Shown here: positions 8,848 to 18,347 of the stretch, piece by piece
Numbering within the stretch: position 1 is the stretch's first letter
Layout of the letters: every line of letters starts with the position of its first letter
Source: Armatimonadota bacterium
Lineage (GTDB): Bacteria; Armatimonadota; UBA10988
Direction: 5' to 3'
DNA: 64,000 bases
Assembly: GCA_016235455.1 (NCBI GenBank)
Contig: JACRKZ010000043.1
Span: forward strand, 38,290 to 102,289
Translations under genes and position numbers: made by a program
Notes under the pieces: model-generated
What the model saw: only the letters and a program-made list of their open reading frames with translations
Told to the model about the DNA's origin: nothing
Database searches by the model: none

Positions 8848-10129
8848 TGAAGGTCACCGCATCGCCCTGGCCTGAGTACAGGTCCAACGGTCCGTCAAGC
8901 TCGACCTTGATGACCGTCGCGTCGGGGTCGAGTTGATCCTCGGGCACATCGATCCACAGCACGCCGGGCAGGTGCGCCCACGGTGCGCCGCCCACCTTGC
9001 GCGCCTGCACCTCGCCGCCGCCAACGATGCTCACTCGCTTGACGTCGTTGCGGATGCCCTTGACGGCGATCTGGTCGACGGGCTTGTCGAAGCAGATCAG
9101 GTACAGCGTGTCCTGGGCCTTGTTCAGCGTCGAGGCGCCGTAGAAGTGGCCGTGCGGCAGGCCGGCGACGCTGTCGAAGATGGCCTCGCCGTGCTTCTTG
9201 GTCCAGCGCCCGAGGCCGCGCAGCACCTCGGCCTGGGCCGGCTGGAGCGTGCCGTCGCTGAGCGGGCCGACATCCAGCAGCAGGTTGCCGCCCATGCCGG
9301 CGCACTCGGCCAGCATGCGCACCACCTGGCGCACCGACTTGTGGTCGGTGTCGGCCTTCTGGTAGCCCCACGAGTTGTTGATGGTGACACAGAACTCCCA
9401 GGGGCCGCTGGGCCGCTGGATGGGGATGGCCTGCTCGGGCGTGCCATAGTCGCCGTGGCCGCCCATGCGGCTGTTGAGGATGACGCCGGGCGACCAGGCA
9501 TGGAGTTGGTCGCGCAGTTCGGCGAAGCGCCACTGGCTGGGGTCGCGTTCCCAGTCGCCGTCGAACCACAGCAGCTCGGGCCGATACCGCTGGCAGAGCT
9601 CCCGCAGCTGTCCGCGATGGAACTCAAGGAAGCGCTCCCAGGCGGCGGGATCCTCCTCGCCTTGGGGGTAACCGAAGCGGTTGCTGTGCAGATTGGCGTG
9701 GTCGTGGGGCTGAGCGCCGGCGGGCAGCACACTGGCATAGTCGGGGTGCGACCAGTCGAGGTGGCTGAAGTACAGGCCGACATGCAGCCCGTGCGCGCGC
9801 AGCGCCTCGCAGTACGGCCCGATCAGGTCGCGCCCGGCAGGCGAGCCGTCGACGGCGTTGAGCTCGCTCAGCGCGGTGTCCCACAGGGCAAACCCGTCGT
9901 GGTGCTTGCTGGTGAGCACGGCGTAGCGCGCGCCGGACTCGGCGAACAGCTGCGCCCAGGCGTCTGGGTCGTAGTTGGCGGCCGTGAAGTCGGCGGCCTG
10001 GGCCATGTACTCCTCGTAGGGCACCTGCCCGCCGAAGAAGGCCCACGACTCGCTCCAGTCGCCACGCGAGTAGATGCCCCAATGAATGAAGATGCCCAGC
10101 TTGGCGTCGGTGAACCACGGCTGCATCAT
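8840..10129 (-). CDS. Alpha-L-fucosidase (GH29)
   Basis: WFTDAKLGIFIHWG, TSKHHDGF, LWFDG (nucleophile) and GNLLLDVGP. Confidence 0.93.
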   Translation of the reverse strand: MMQPWFTDAKLGIFIHWGIYSRGDWSESWAFFGGQVPYEEYMAQAADFTAANYDPDAWAQLFAESGARYAVLTSKHHDGFALWDTALSELNAVDGSPAGRDLIGPYCEALRAHGLHVGLYFSHLDWSHPDYASVLPAGAQPHDHANLHSNRFGYPQGEEDPAAWERFLEFHRGQLRELCQRYRPELLWFDGDWERDPSQWRFAELRDQLHAWSPGVILNSRMGGHGDYGTPEQAIPIQRPSGPWEFCVTINNSWGYQKADTDHKSVRQVVRMLAECAGMGGNLLLDVGPLSDGTLQPAQAEVLRGLGRWTKKHGEAIFDSVAGLPHGHFYGASTLNKAQDTLYLICFDKPVDQIAVKGIRNDVKRVSIVGGGEVQARKVGGAPWAHLPGVLWIDVPEDQLDPDATVIKVELDGPLDLYSGQGDAVTFNE

Positions 10130-10155
10130 GATCGCTGCTCCTTGGCCCCGGACGG

Positions 10156-10458
10156 CTACTCGGCGAAGTCGTAGACCTGCACGCGCGCCCAGGAGGCCTT
10201 GTTGCGGGCGATGAACTCATTGTGCAGCGGGTGCGGCGCATAGACGTCATGGCCGGCGGCATCGTCGAAGACGACGGTCAGGCCAACGCCGTAGGAATTG
10301 TCGACGACGTCACGCGGGGTCATGGCGGGCAGCCCGGCCCAGAGCTGGCGGACAGACTCGATCTTGGCCAGGTACTCGCGGCAGTCGGCGACGATCTGCT
10401 CGGCGGCGCCGGCGGGCGCGTCGTCGTTGAGCCAGAAGTAGACGGTATGGATGAACAT
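10156..10458 (-). CDS. Dabb (stress-responsive A/B barrel) family protein
   Basis: MFIHTVYFWL..F.D...Y..HP.H..F..VQVYDF pattern, 100 aa, with GGAG RBS upstream. Confidence 0.85.
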   Translation of the reverse strand: MFIHTVYFWLNDDAPAGAAEQIVADCREYLAKIESVRQLWAGLPAMTPRDVVDNSYGVGLTVVFDDAAGHDVYAPHPLHNEFIARNKASWARVQVYDFAE

Positions 10459-10532
10459 GCGGGCGCTCCTTGTTGGCTCCCGGCATGGTAGCGGACGGGG
10501 TGGTTGGGGGCAAGGGTGTGCTGGCGCACGCT

Positions 10533-10647
10533 GGGCGTGAAGCGTCGGGCGTCGGGGAGCAGCAAGGCCGTCGACGCGGACCCAACCGCGCTGACAGGAT
10601 CGCTCCACCCCGACGCCCCACGCCCTACGCCGCGTGCGCCGCACGCC
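10533..10647. repeat. Intergenic palindrome built from 7-bp units
   Basis: Left arm ggcgtga-agcgtcg-ggcgtcg and right arm cgacgcc-ccacgcc-ctacgcc...gcacgcc. Confidence 0.6.
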
Positions 10648-10652
10648 AGGCC

Positions 10653-11738
10653 CTATCCCGGCAGCACGCCGTCGGGGTATTCCTTCTGGTTCTCGGGCAT
10701 CGACAGGATGACCGGCCGGTCGGGGATGACGCTGCGCATGGCTTCCAGCTCGGCCGGGCCCTCGGCCAGGGGCAAGGCCACCTGTCCGCGCTCGACCACG
10801 CTGCGCATCAGCGCGCAGGTGGCCTCATAGCCCAGCCAGGCGTGCTCGATGTTGCAGGGATGCTCGGCCGTGCCGTCCAGCCAGGCGGCCATGTCGGCGA
10901 TGTACGGCGGCATGTCGTTGTCGTAGTTCATGCAGCCGTCGCCGGACAGCACGCCGTCGGGGGTGACCGCGCGCCAGCCGCCGCCGGTCAGCACTTCGGC
11001 GAAGCCCTCGGTGCCCTGGGCGCCGATGCGGCACTTGCGCCACCAGTAGTCGACTTCGGGCACGTCGGGCGCGCCCGCGCCGACCTCATAGATGCCGCGC
11101 ACGCCGTTGGCGAACTGCACGAACCCGCCCAGATAGTCGGGCGAGGCGTGGATGTCCGCGTACTTGCTCGTCCCGGCGGCATTGGCCATGGCCCACTGGG
11201 CCGGCTCGTAGTTGTTGAACCACATGGAGTAGTCCACCAGGTGGGTCAGCATGTGCATCAGCCAGCCCGTGGCGGTGCCATAGACCGTATGCACGCGGCC
11301 GATCTTGCCCGAGGCGATGATCTCCTTGACCGCCTGATAGTGCTTGCCATAGCGGTGCTGGTGGCTGACCACGGCTTTGACGCCGGCGGCACGCAACAGC
11401 TCGACGACCTGCTTGGCCTCGCTGTGGCTCAGCGCGATGGGCTTCTCGAAGGCGATCAGCTTGGCGCCGCCCGCGATGCCCAGCTTGATCAGCGGCAGGC
11501 GCAGATTGGGCAGCGTGGCGAAGCAGAAGACGTCGGGCTTGACCTTGGCCATCACCTCGGCGGCGTCGGTGCCGCAGACGGGGTGGCCCAGTTCCGGCGC
11601 CACGGCCTCGCAGCGGGCCAGGTCGATGTCGCAGATGCCCGCGACCTCGAACCGCGGGTCGGCGTGGAAGGCAGAGGCATGGTGCTTGCCACGCTTGCCC
11701 ATGCCCACGACCACGACCTTGTAGACAGTCTCACTCAT
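10653..11738 (-). CDS. Gfo/Idh/MocA-family oxidoreductase (cytoplasmic)
   Basis: VVGMGKRG Rossmann motif and canonical FEKP motif. GGAGG RBS. Confidence 0.88.
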   Translation of the reverse strand: MSETVYKVVVVGMGKRGKHHASAFHADPRFEVAGICDIDLARCEAVAPELGHPVCGTDAAEVMAKVKPDVFCFATLPNLRLPLIKLGIAGGAKLIAFEKPIALSHSEAKQVVELLRAAGVKAVVSHQHRYGKHYQAVKEIIASGKIGRVHTVYGTATGWLMHMLTHLVDYSMWFNNYEPAQWAMANAAGTSKYADIHASPDYLGGFVQFANGVRGIYEVGAGAPDVPEVDYWWRKCRIGAQGTEGFAEVLTGGGWRAVTPDGVLSGDGCMNYDNDMPPYIADMAAWLDGTAEHPCNIEHAWLGYEATCALMRSVVERGQVALPLAEGPAELEAMRSVIPDRPVILSMPENQKEYPDGVLPG

Positions 11739-11758
11739 GGCGGTCCTCCCAAAAGAGA

Positions 11759-11846
11759 ATCCACAGATGGCGCAGATGACACAGATGAGGCCGGTCCGCG
11801 CCGCGGGCTGGTCGCTCTATCTGCGTCATCTGCGCCATCTGTGGAT
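11759..11846. repeat. 28-bp inverted repeat with 9-bp internal periodicity (CRCAGATG)
   Basis: Arms 11759-11786 (atccacagatggcgcagatgacacagat) and 11819-11846 match at 27/28. Confidence 0.9.
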
Positions 11847-11854
11847 CGATGCTG

Positions 11855-12979
11855 CTAGGCGTTCGCGGCGACCCACTCGCGGACCTTGGCGATGACGTAG
11901 TCGGACTCGGCATCGGTCAGCTCGGGGAACATCGGCAGGCTGACGCAGTTGGCCGCGTTGAACTCAGCGTTGGCGATGCTGCCATGCACGCGATAGTCCT
12001 TGCCCCACGGGAAGCCTTCCTGCTGATGGATGGCGATGGGGTAGTGGCACTTGGCATCGACGCCGTTCTCGTTGAGGAACTTCAGCATTTCGTCGCGCTT
12101 GCCGTTGAGCGTCTCCACCACGTAGAGGTGATAAACGTGGCGGTAGCCGGGCATCTCATACGGCAGGGAGATGACGTTGGTGCAGTCGCTCAGGGCCGCG
12201 GTGTACTTGGCGGCGATGGCGCGGCGCTGGTCGCTCCAGGCAGTGATGTGCTTGAGCTTGACGCTCAGGATGCCGGCATGGATGTCGTCCAGGCGGCTGT
12301 TGTAGCCCATCGAGTGGCAGGAGCGCTTGGGCGAGCCGTGGTTGCGCAGCTTCTTGACCGTAGCGGCAATGTCGTCACGGTTGGTGACCATGGCGCCACC
12401 GTCACCGAAGGTGCCCAGGTTCTTCTGGATGATGAAGCTGGTGCCCATGGCATCGGACTTCTCGCACGCGCGGAAGCCGGCGCCGGCGGCATCGATGGCC
12501 TGCGCGTTGTCTTCGATCACGGCCAGGCCGTGCTTCTCGGCAATCGCCCAGATGCGGTCCATCTCGGCGCACTGGCCATAGAGGTGGACCGGCATGATGG
12601 CCTTGGTCCGGGGGGTGATGGCCGCCTCGATCAGGTCGGGATCGATGTTCTTGGTCTTCGCGTCGCAATCGACGAAGACCGCGGTGGCGTCCGTGAACCA
12701 GATGCCTTCGGCCGTGGCGAAGAAGGTGTTGGGCATGGTGATGACTTCATCACCCTTGCCAATGCCCAGGGCCAACAGCGGCAACCACAGCGCGTCGGTG
12801 CCGGAGTTGAGGCCGATGGCATGCTTGACGCCGAAGTACTCGGCCATTTCCTGTTCGTAGCGGGTCAGCGTGGGACCGAGCACGTACTGCTCGCTCTCGA
12901 GCACGGTCAGGATGGCCTCATCGATCTCGGCCTTGAGGTTGTGGTACTGACGAGCGTGACCATAGAAACCGACAGTCAT
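11855..12979 (-). CDS. DegT/DnrJ/EryC1/StrS PLP aminotransferase
   Basis: NSGTDAL, PVHLYGQ, IEDNAQA, SF...KNLG.FGDGG (PLP Lys) and GYNSRLD. Confidence 0.93.
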   Translation of the reverse strand: MTVGFYGHARQYHNLKAEIDEAILTVLESEQYVLGPTLTRYEQEMAEYFGVKHAIGLNSGTDALWLPLLALGIGKGDEVITMPNTFFATAEGIWFTDATAVFVDCDAKTKNIDPDLIEAAITPRTKAIMPVHLYGQCAEMDRIWAIAEKHGLAVIEDNAQAIDAAGAGFRACEKSDAMGTSFIIQKNLGTFGDGGAMVTNRDDIAATVKKLRNHGSPKRSCHSMGYNSRLDDIHAGILSVKLKHITAWSDQRRAIAAKYTAALSDCTNVISLPYEMPGYRHVYHLYVVETLNGKRDEMLKFLNENGVDAKCHYPIAIHQQEGFPWGKDYRVHGSIANAEFNAANCVSLPMFPELTDAESDYVIAKVREWVAANA

Positions 12980-13108
12980 GGGAGCTCCCTTTGTATAGGG
13001 GTCACGGCAGGCACTGCGCGCACGTCGCGCGCTGCCTGGCCACTAGACCCAGCGTTCGGAGGTGGACAACCTCGCTTCAGCTCCCCAGCCACGGTTCGTC
13101 CGTCGGCT

Positions 13109-13138
13109 ATGATACACCAGCCCACCGGCAACGTCCAA
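13109..13138 (-). promoter_or_regulatory. Possible sigma70-type promoter for the DegT-Gfo operon
   Basis: TTGGAC-18 nt-TATCAT on the minus strand. Confidence 0.35.
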
Positions 13139-13152
13139 GCAAGGCCGCCGAC

Positions 13153-14913
13153 TCACTTTGCGCCCAGCCGCGTGCCGGGCACCTCACCGCGCGGATAGCT
13201 GCCCAGCCGCAACGCCGGATGGTCGGCGGGCAGGCGCAGGTCGCGCGTCAGCCAGTCGGCGAAGGGCGCCTCGGCGGTCACGCTGTCCTGCTCCAGGCCC
13301 AGTTCGCGTCGCACCTCGGCCAGGTCGACATACGTCTGGTTGCGCTTCCAGGCGACGCCCCACACGAACAGCGCCTGGGTCGGCCGGTGGGCGAACACGT
13401 TCCGCTCGTGGCTGAGCTTGAGCCTGGCCAGCGACAGGCCGACCGGCTGCCCCTTGGCATCGCGCGCCAGGTAGTCGCCGGCGATGTTGGCCGCGGCCTG
13501 GCCCGTCTCGACGCGCTTCTCCTGCAGAGCCGCGGGCCAGTGGCGCTCGTCGCCGACGTCGAACCAGCCGCGTAGTTGGGCGTCGCGGTTGTAGGCCAGC
13601 AGGTTGCCTTCGATGCGCTGGTCATGGTTCCAGACCGGCCGCTCGGCGCCGTCGCCGATGAGCGGCGTGGTGCGCATTTGCTCGCGGTAGTTCAGGCCTT
13701 CCTTGTTGCCCGCCAGCAGGTTGCGCTCGATGATCGCGCCCGGCGAGCTGGACAGGCAGATGCCCGCGGCCGCGCCCCAGGCACCAGGCGTGTCGGCCAG
13801 GCCATTGCCCACGATCACGTTGTCCCGCGCGCGAAGGGCATAGGAGATCTCACAAAAGATGCCCGCGTCGTCGTTGTCGGCGATGAGGCACCGGCGCACT
13901 TCGCACTCCTCATTGCCAATGTCGAACCACACACCGCAGCCGCGATTGGCGACGAACTGGCTCGACTCGAGCACCGCGCGCCGGCACAGGACGAGCTTGT
14001 CGCCGCCGGCCTCCCAGCCGCGGCTGAAGCCCTTGGCGTTGTTGCGCGCCACGAGGCAGCCGGTGAACAGCAGGTTGTGGGCGCCGTTGGCGCCAAAGCC
14101 CAGTTGCCCGTTGTCCGTGAACGAACAGCGCCGGACCACGATGCCTTCGCCCAGGAAGACGGCCCCCGAGGCATTGGTCCGTTCGAACGCACAGTCTTCC
14201 ACCAGGCTGTGCGCATGGAATTGAGCGGCGCCTTCCTGCGCGTGGTTGGCCGCATAGCGGAAACACAAGCCGCGCACCTGCACATACGCGCCGCGGCTCT
14301 GCCACACCACCGGGCGCACGGAGGCTTCGACGCGCTGTTTGGTCAGGTCGGCGTTGTCCGCGCTCTGGACATGGAGCCGCTTGGCCGCCTCGTCAACGAA
14401 GAAGGTGCCACGGGTGACCAGGTCGCGGCGCAACACCTGGCGTAGCGCGTAGTCGGCCACGAAGACCTGCTCAGCGCGCCCGATCAGCTCGTGGTAGTCG
14501 TCGTCGGGGTGGGCGTGGCGCTTGGTCCAGCCCATGAACACATGGTCCCACAGCGTGCTGAACACGGCCTCGGGACCGGGCTCGCGGGTCCAGTCGCCGA
14601 GCAGGTCGGCGCCGGTGATGATCACGCGCGCGCCGGGCTCCGACTCGAAGCGGATGGGCTGCTCGGGCGTGCCGCTGCGTTCGACGACCACGCTCTCGCG
14701 GTAGACGCCTTCCGCGATGCGCACGGTATCACCGGGCTGCACGCGGCGCGCGGCCTCGGAGAGGCTGCGCAACGGCGTCTCGGCCGTAGCGGCCGCCTGG
14801 TCACTGGCCGCGGGGTGTCGCGGGTTCACGTACAACGTGGCCGCGTCAGCCGGCGGGAGTGCCAGGGCCAGGGCAAAGCAACAAGCGCGCGCCACCAAAC
14901 GCGTTCCTGCCAT
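13153..14913 (-). CDS. Secreted right-handed parallel beta-helix (pectin-lyase-like) protein
   Basis: Signal peptide, PGDTVRIAEGVYRE (DUF1565-like start), repeated N...G strands and G.WFD. Confidence 0.85.
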   Translation of the reverse strand: MAGTRLVARACCFALALALPPADAATLYVNPRHPAASDQAAATAETPLRSLSEAARRVQPGDTVRIAEGVYRESVVVERSGTPEQPIRFESEPGARVIITGADLLGDWTREPGPEAVFSTLWDHVFMGWTKRHAHPDDDYHELIGRAEQVFVADYALRQVLRRDLVTRGTFFVDEAAKRLHVQSADNADLTKQRVEASVRPVVWQSRGAYVQVRGLCFRYAANHAQEGAAQFHAHSLVEDCAFERTNASGAVFLGEGIVVRRCSFTDNGQLGFGANGAHNLLFTGCLVARNNAKGFSRGWEAGGDKLVLCRRAVLESSQFVANRGCGVWFDIGNEECEVRRCLIADNDDAGIFCEISYALRARDNVIVGNGLADTPGAWGAAAGICLSSSPGAIIERNLLAGNKEGLNYREQMRTTPLIGDGAERPVWNHDQRIEGNLLAYNRDAQLRGWFDVGDERHWPAALQEKRVETGQAAANIAGDYLARDAKGQPVGLSLARLKLSHERNVFAHRPTQALFVWGVAWKRNQTYVDLAEVRRELGLEQDSVTAEAPFADWLTRDLRLPADHPALRLGSYPRGEVPGTRLGAK

Positions 14914-14971
14914 CGGGGTCTCCCTCGACGAGCAAGCTTAGCGCTCCGCGACGCGCGCCGCAAACCGCAGG

Positions 14972-15382
14972 TCAGTGCGAGCAGCAACCGCCGCCGGCGT
15001 GGGCATGCTCTTTCTCGCCCTCGCCACAGCCGCAGCCGGAGCTCTCTTCCTTGTCGCCGCAGCCGCCACCGCAGCCGCCGCAACCCGAGGCGTTGGGGTT
15101 GTTGACCTTGAAGCCGCCACCCATCACCGTCTCGACAAAATCGATCTCGGCGCCGTCCAGGTACTCGTGCGACTTGGGATCCACGAGCACGGTCACGCCG
15201 TGGCTGTCGAACGACATATCATCGTCGGCCGCCTGATCGTCGAGGGCCATGCCGTACTGGAATCCGCTGCAGCCGCCGCCGGCGATCCACACGCGCAACA
15301 TGTGATCTTCCTTGCTCTGCTGCCGGAGCAGGCTCGAGATCTCAGTCGCCGCGCGTTCGGTCATGGTCACCATCAGCATCAT
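14972..15382 (-). CDS. A-type Fe-S carrier (HesB/IscA/ErpA family) with Cys/His-rich tail
   Basis: GGGCSGFQY, ID(F)...GGGF...NPNA. The start may be one of the next Met codons. Confidence 0.9.
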   Translation of the reverse strand: MMLMVTMTERAATEISSLLRQQSKEDHMLRVWIAGGGCSGFQYGMALDDQAADDDMSFDSHGVTVLVDPKSHEYLDGAEIDFVETVMGGGFKVNNPNASGCGGCGGGCGDKEESSGCGCGEGEKEHAHAGGGCCSH

Positions 15383-15567
15383 CTCCGCTGTGCCGGCTGA
15401 GGCCGGCTATCGTCTGGGCAATTGTAGCGCACGATCTCCAGTGTACAGCGTGCCAACGTATCGCGCAGGTGGCGGATTCCGCTGTCAACGCCCGCGTCGC
15501 TGGCCGGGTAAAGGCACCCAACGGCACGCTGGGCTCAGCGTGACCTGTCGCAGAGGGGAGAGCCGCC

Positions 15568-18240
15568 ATGATGCGCAGCCTGCTCAGTCTCATCGCCTGC
15601 CTCGGCGCAACGCTGTCGTTGGCCCAGGCGCCGCCCGCGGCCGGACTGGCCGCCCTGGACGCCAAGGGCCAGCCCAAGGGCACCTGCCCGCTGGAGCACA
15701 CCGATGTGCAGGCGGTGGTCAGCGGCTATGTCAGCCGCGTCACCGTCACCCAGCGCTTCGGCAATCCATTCACCGAGCGCATCGAGGCGATCTACACCTT
15801 CCCTCTGCCGCACGACGGCGCGGTCTTCGATATGGAGATGAAGGTCGGCGAGCGGGTCATCCGCGGCTTGATCAAGAAGCGCGAAGACGCGGCGAAGATC
15901 TACCAGCAGGCTCGCGCGGCCGGCCAGACGGCGGCGCTGCTGGACCAGGAGCGGCCCAACATCTTCACCCAGAGCGTGGCCAACATCCGCCCCGGGGAGA
16001 AGGTCGAAGTGCGCCTGCGCTACACCGCGCTGCTGCCGTATAAGGACGGCCGGTTCAGCTTCGTCTTCCCCATGGTCGTCGGCCCACGCTACATGCCGGG
16101 TCAGCCCACCGGCCAGTCAGGCACCGGCTGGTCGCCCGACACGACCGGCGTGCCCGACGCCTCGCGCATCTCGCCGCCGGTGACGCCCAAGGGCACGCGC
16201 GCGGGGCATGACATCAGCCTCAGCCTGAACCTGGCGCCCGGCCTGCCGCTGGGCGAGGTGCGCTGCACCAGCCACGAGGCCGACGTCGCGCGCCAGCCAT
16301 GGGGCGCGCAGATCAAGCTGCGCCGGGCGGACGAGATCCCCAACAAGGACTTCGTGCTGGAATACACCACCAGCGCCGACCAGATCGGCGATGCGGTGTT
16401 GTCGCAGACGGACAGCAAGGGGCCCGACGGCTACTTTGCGCTGGTGCTCGCGCCGCCCGCGCGGGTCACGCCCGAGCAGGCCGTGCCCAAGGAGATCGTC
16501 TTCGTCCTGGACACCAGCGGCTCCATGCAGGGCTTCCCCATCCAGCGGGCCAAGGAGTCGATGTCGTCGTGCATCGAGCAGCTCAACCCCCACGACACCT
16601 TCAACCTGATCACCTTCTCGGGTGACACCAGCGTCCTGTTTGAGCAGCCGGTGCCGGCCAGCGACGAGAACATCGTGCGCGCGCTGACCTTCCTGCGCAC
16701 TCGCTCGGGCGGTGGCGGCACGGAGATGATGAAGGCGGTCGAAGCCGCGCTCCGGCCCTCGGCGGCCGGCGGCGGCGTGCGCATCGTCTGCTTCATGACC
16801 GACGGCTACGTTGGCAACGACCGCCAGATCATCGACGCTATCGGTAAGTACTCGAGCGCCCGCGTGTTCAGCTTCGGCATTGGCAGCTCGGTCAACCGCT
16901 TCCTGCTCGACGGCATGGCGCGCGCTGGGCGCGGCGAGGTGGAGTACGTGCCGCTCTCCGGTCCTCAGGCCACCACCGCCGCCAAGGACGCCGCGGCGCG
17001 CTTCGCCGAGCGCGTGCGCAACCCCGTGCTGACCGACATCACGCTGGACTGGGGCGATCTGCCCGTGGCCGATGTGCAGCCCGCGCGGCTGCCCGACCTG
17101 TTCAGCGCCAAGCCGATGATGGTGGTCGGGCGCTTCACCAAGCCGGCTTCGGGCAGCCTGACCATTCGCGGCAAGACCGCGGCGGGCGCCTTCGAGCGCA
17201 AGCTGGCGGTCAAGTTCACCGCCGACGACAGCTCGCACCAGGTGCTGCCGCAGGTCTGGGCGCGGACCACCATCGAGGCGTTGTCCAACGACGACCTCCT
17301 GGCCCAGAAGCCCGAGACCAAGGAACGCATCACCCAGCTCGGCCTCGACTATAGGCTGATGACCGCGTACACGTCGTTCGTCGCGGTCGAGGAGCGCACG
17401 ACCACCGAGAACGGCGTGCCGAAGACGGTCGTAGTGCCGGTGGAGATGCCTGAGGGCGTGAGCTATGAGGGGGTGTTTGGTAACCATAACATGGACGTCC
17501 GGGCGCTGGGCGGCGCGTCGGCTATGCCTGGGCTCGCGGCAGCCAAGCCTGCGCCCGTACGTTCAGCTCCCCAGCCGACGGTCCCGCCAATGTCCGCCCC
17601 GGCCATGCCGGCGCCTGTCGCTGGTGGCGGCGGGTTTGGCGGCATGTCGGGCTCCGGTGGGGCCATGCGCTTCAGCCGCGAGCCGCACGAAGCCGCCTCC
17701 GAAGCAGGGCTGTCCCTGCCGGCAGGCAACTGGCCGGCGACGATCAGCCTGGAGCTCGCCAACACCCCGTTGCGCGAGGCTCTGGCGCAGGTGACCGGCC
17801 TGACCGGGCTGAAGATGGTCGTGGGCAAGGATGTCGACGCGGACGAGCCGCTGACCCTGTCGCTCAAGAGCGTGCCGACGGCCCAGGCCATCGCCGCTAT
17901 CTGCGGCGCGCCACGGGTCTGCGCGGTGGAGGCGTTTGCCGGGCGGCTGATGGTGACCAAGACCGGTGGACGCGCCGCCCGGGCCGAGGCGACCAAGCTG
18001 CTGCCCTGGCTGCTCAAGGCCGATGCCGCGACCTACGCCGCGCTGTCGGCCGGACAGCCGCTCAGTGTGCGGCTGACGGTCAGCGCCGTTGGGCCGGTGA
18101 CCGCCAAGCTGGCCGAGCTCAAGGCGGAGAAGGTGGTAGCCGCGGCCGACGGCAAGAGCGTGACGGCGGTGGTCCGGCCGGACGCGCTGGTCACGGTCGC
18201 CGCGCTGGCGGAGGTGACGGGCGTCGCGCTCAACCAGTGA
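15568..18240 (+). CDS. Secreted VIT + VWA domain protein with C-terminal STN-like segment
   Basis: Signal peptide, VIT ([13 protein letters not shown]), [22 protein letters not shown], and [17 protein letters not shown]. Confidence 0.88.
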   Translation: MMRSLLSLIACLGATLSLAQAPPAAGLAALDAKGQPKGTCPLEHTDVQAVVSGYVSRVTVTQRFGNPFTERIEAIYTFPLPHDGAVFDMEMKVGERVIRGLIKKREDAAKIYQQARAAGQTAALLDQERPNIFTQSVANIRPGEKVEVRLRYTALLPYKDGRFSFVFPMVVGPRYMPGQPTGQSGTGWSPDTTGVPDASRISPPVTPKGTRAGHDISLSLNLAPGLPLGEVRCTSHEADVARQPWGAQIKLRRADEIPNKDFVLEYTTSADQIGDAVLSQTDSKGPDGYFALVLAPPARVTPEQAVPKEIVFVLDTSGSMQGFPIQRAKESMSSCIEQLNPHDTFNLITFSGDTSVLFEQPVPASDENIVRALTFLRTRSGGGGTEMMKAVEAALRPSAAGGGVRIVCFMTDGYVGNDRQIIDAIGKYSSARVFSFGIGSSVNRFLLDGMARAGRGEVEYVPLSGPQATTAAKDAAARFAERVRNPVLTDITLDWGDLPVADVQPARLPDLFSAKPMMVVGRFTKPASGSLTIRGKTAAGAFERKLAVKFTADDSSHQVLPQVWARTTIEALSNDDLLAQKPETKERITQLGLDYRLMTAYTSFVAVEERTTTENGVPKTVVVPVEMPEGVSYEGVFGNHNMDVRALGGASAMPGLAAAKPAPVRSAPQPTVPPMSAPAMPAPVAGGGGFGGMSGSGGAMRFSREPHEAASEAGLSLPAGNWPATISLELANTPLREALAQVTGLTGLKMVVGKDVDADEPLTLSLKSVPTAQAIAAICGAPRVCAVEAFAGRLMVTKTGGRAARAEATKLLPWLLKADAATYAALSAGQPLSVRLTVSAVGPVTAKLAELKAEKVVAAADGKSVTAVVRPDALVTVAALAEVTGVALNQ

Positions 18241-18245
18241 CGGGA

Positions 18246-18332
18246 GCAGCCCCCCTGCAGTCCCCGCCGCGAGCGGAGGGACGGTCAGCCTGCTCCCTCC
18301 CCGCGCGCGGGGAGGGCTGGGGTGGGGGCTGT
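18246..18332. repeat. GC-rich double-hairpin element between convergent genes (REP-like, possible bidirectional terminator)
   Basis: Imperfect hairpin gtccccgccgcgagcggagggac, then perfect palindrome ccctccccgcgcgcggggaggg followed by ctggggtggggg. Outer cagccccc/gggggctg ends also pair. Confidence 0.7.
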
Positions 18333-18347
18333 TCGGAGCCGCCGCTG

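Noticed and set aside
17563-18347. 647-aa Gfo ORF overlapping the VWA gene
   Set aside because: The extension is an artefact of the frameshift at 18710. The real C-terminus ends at 18348.
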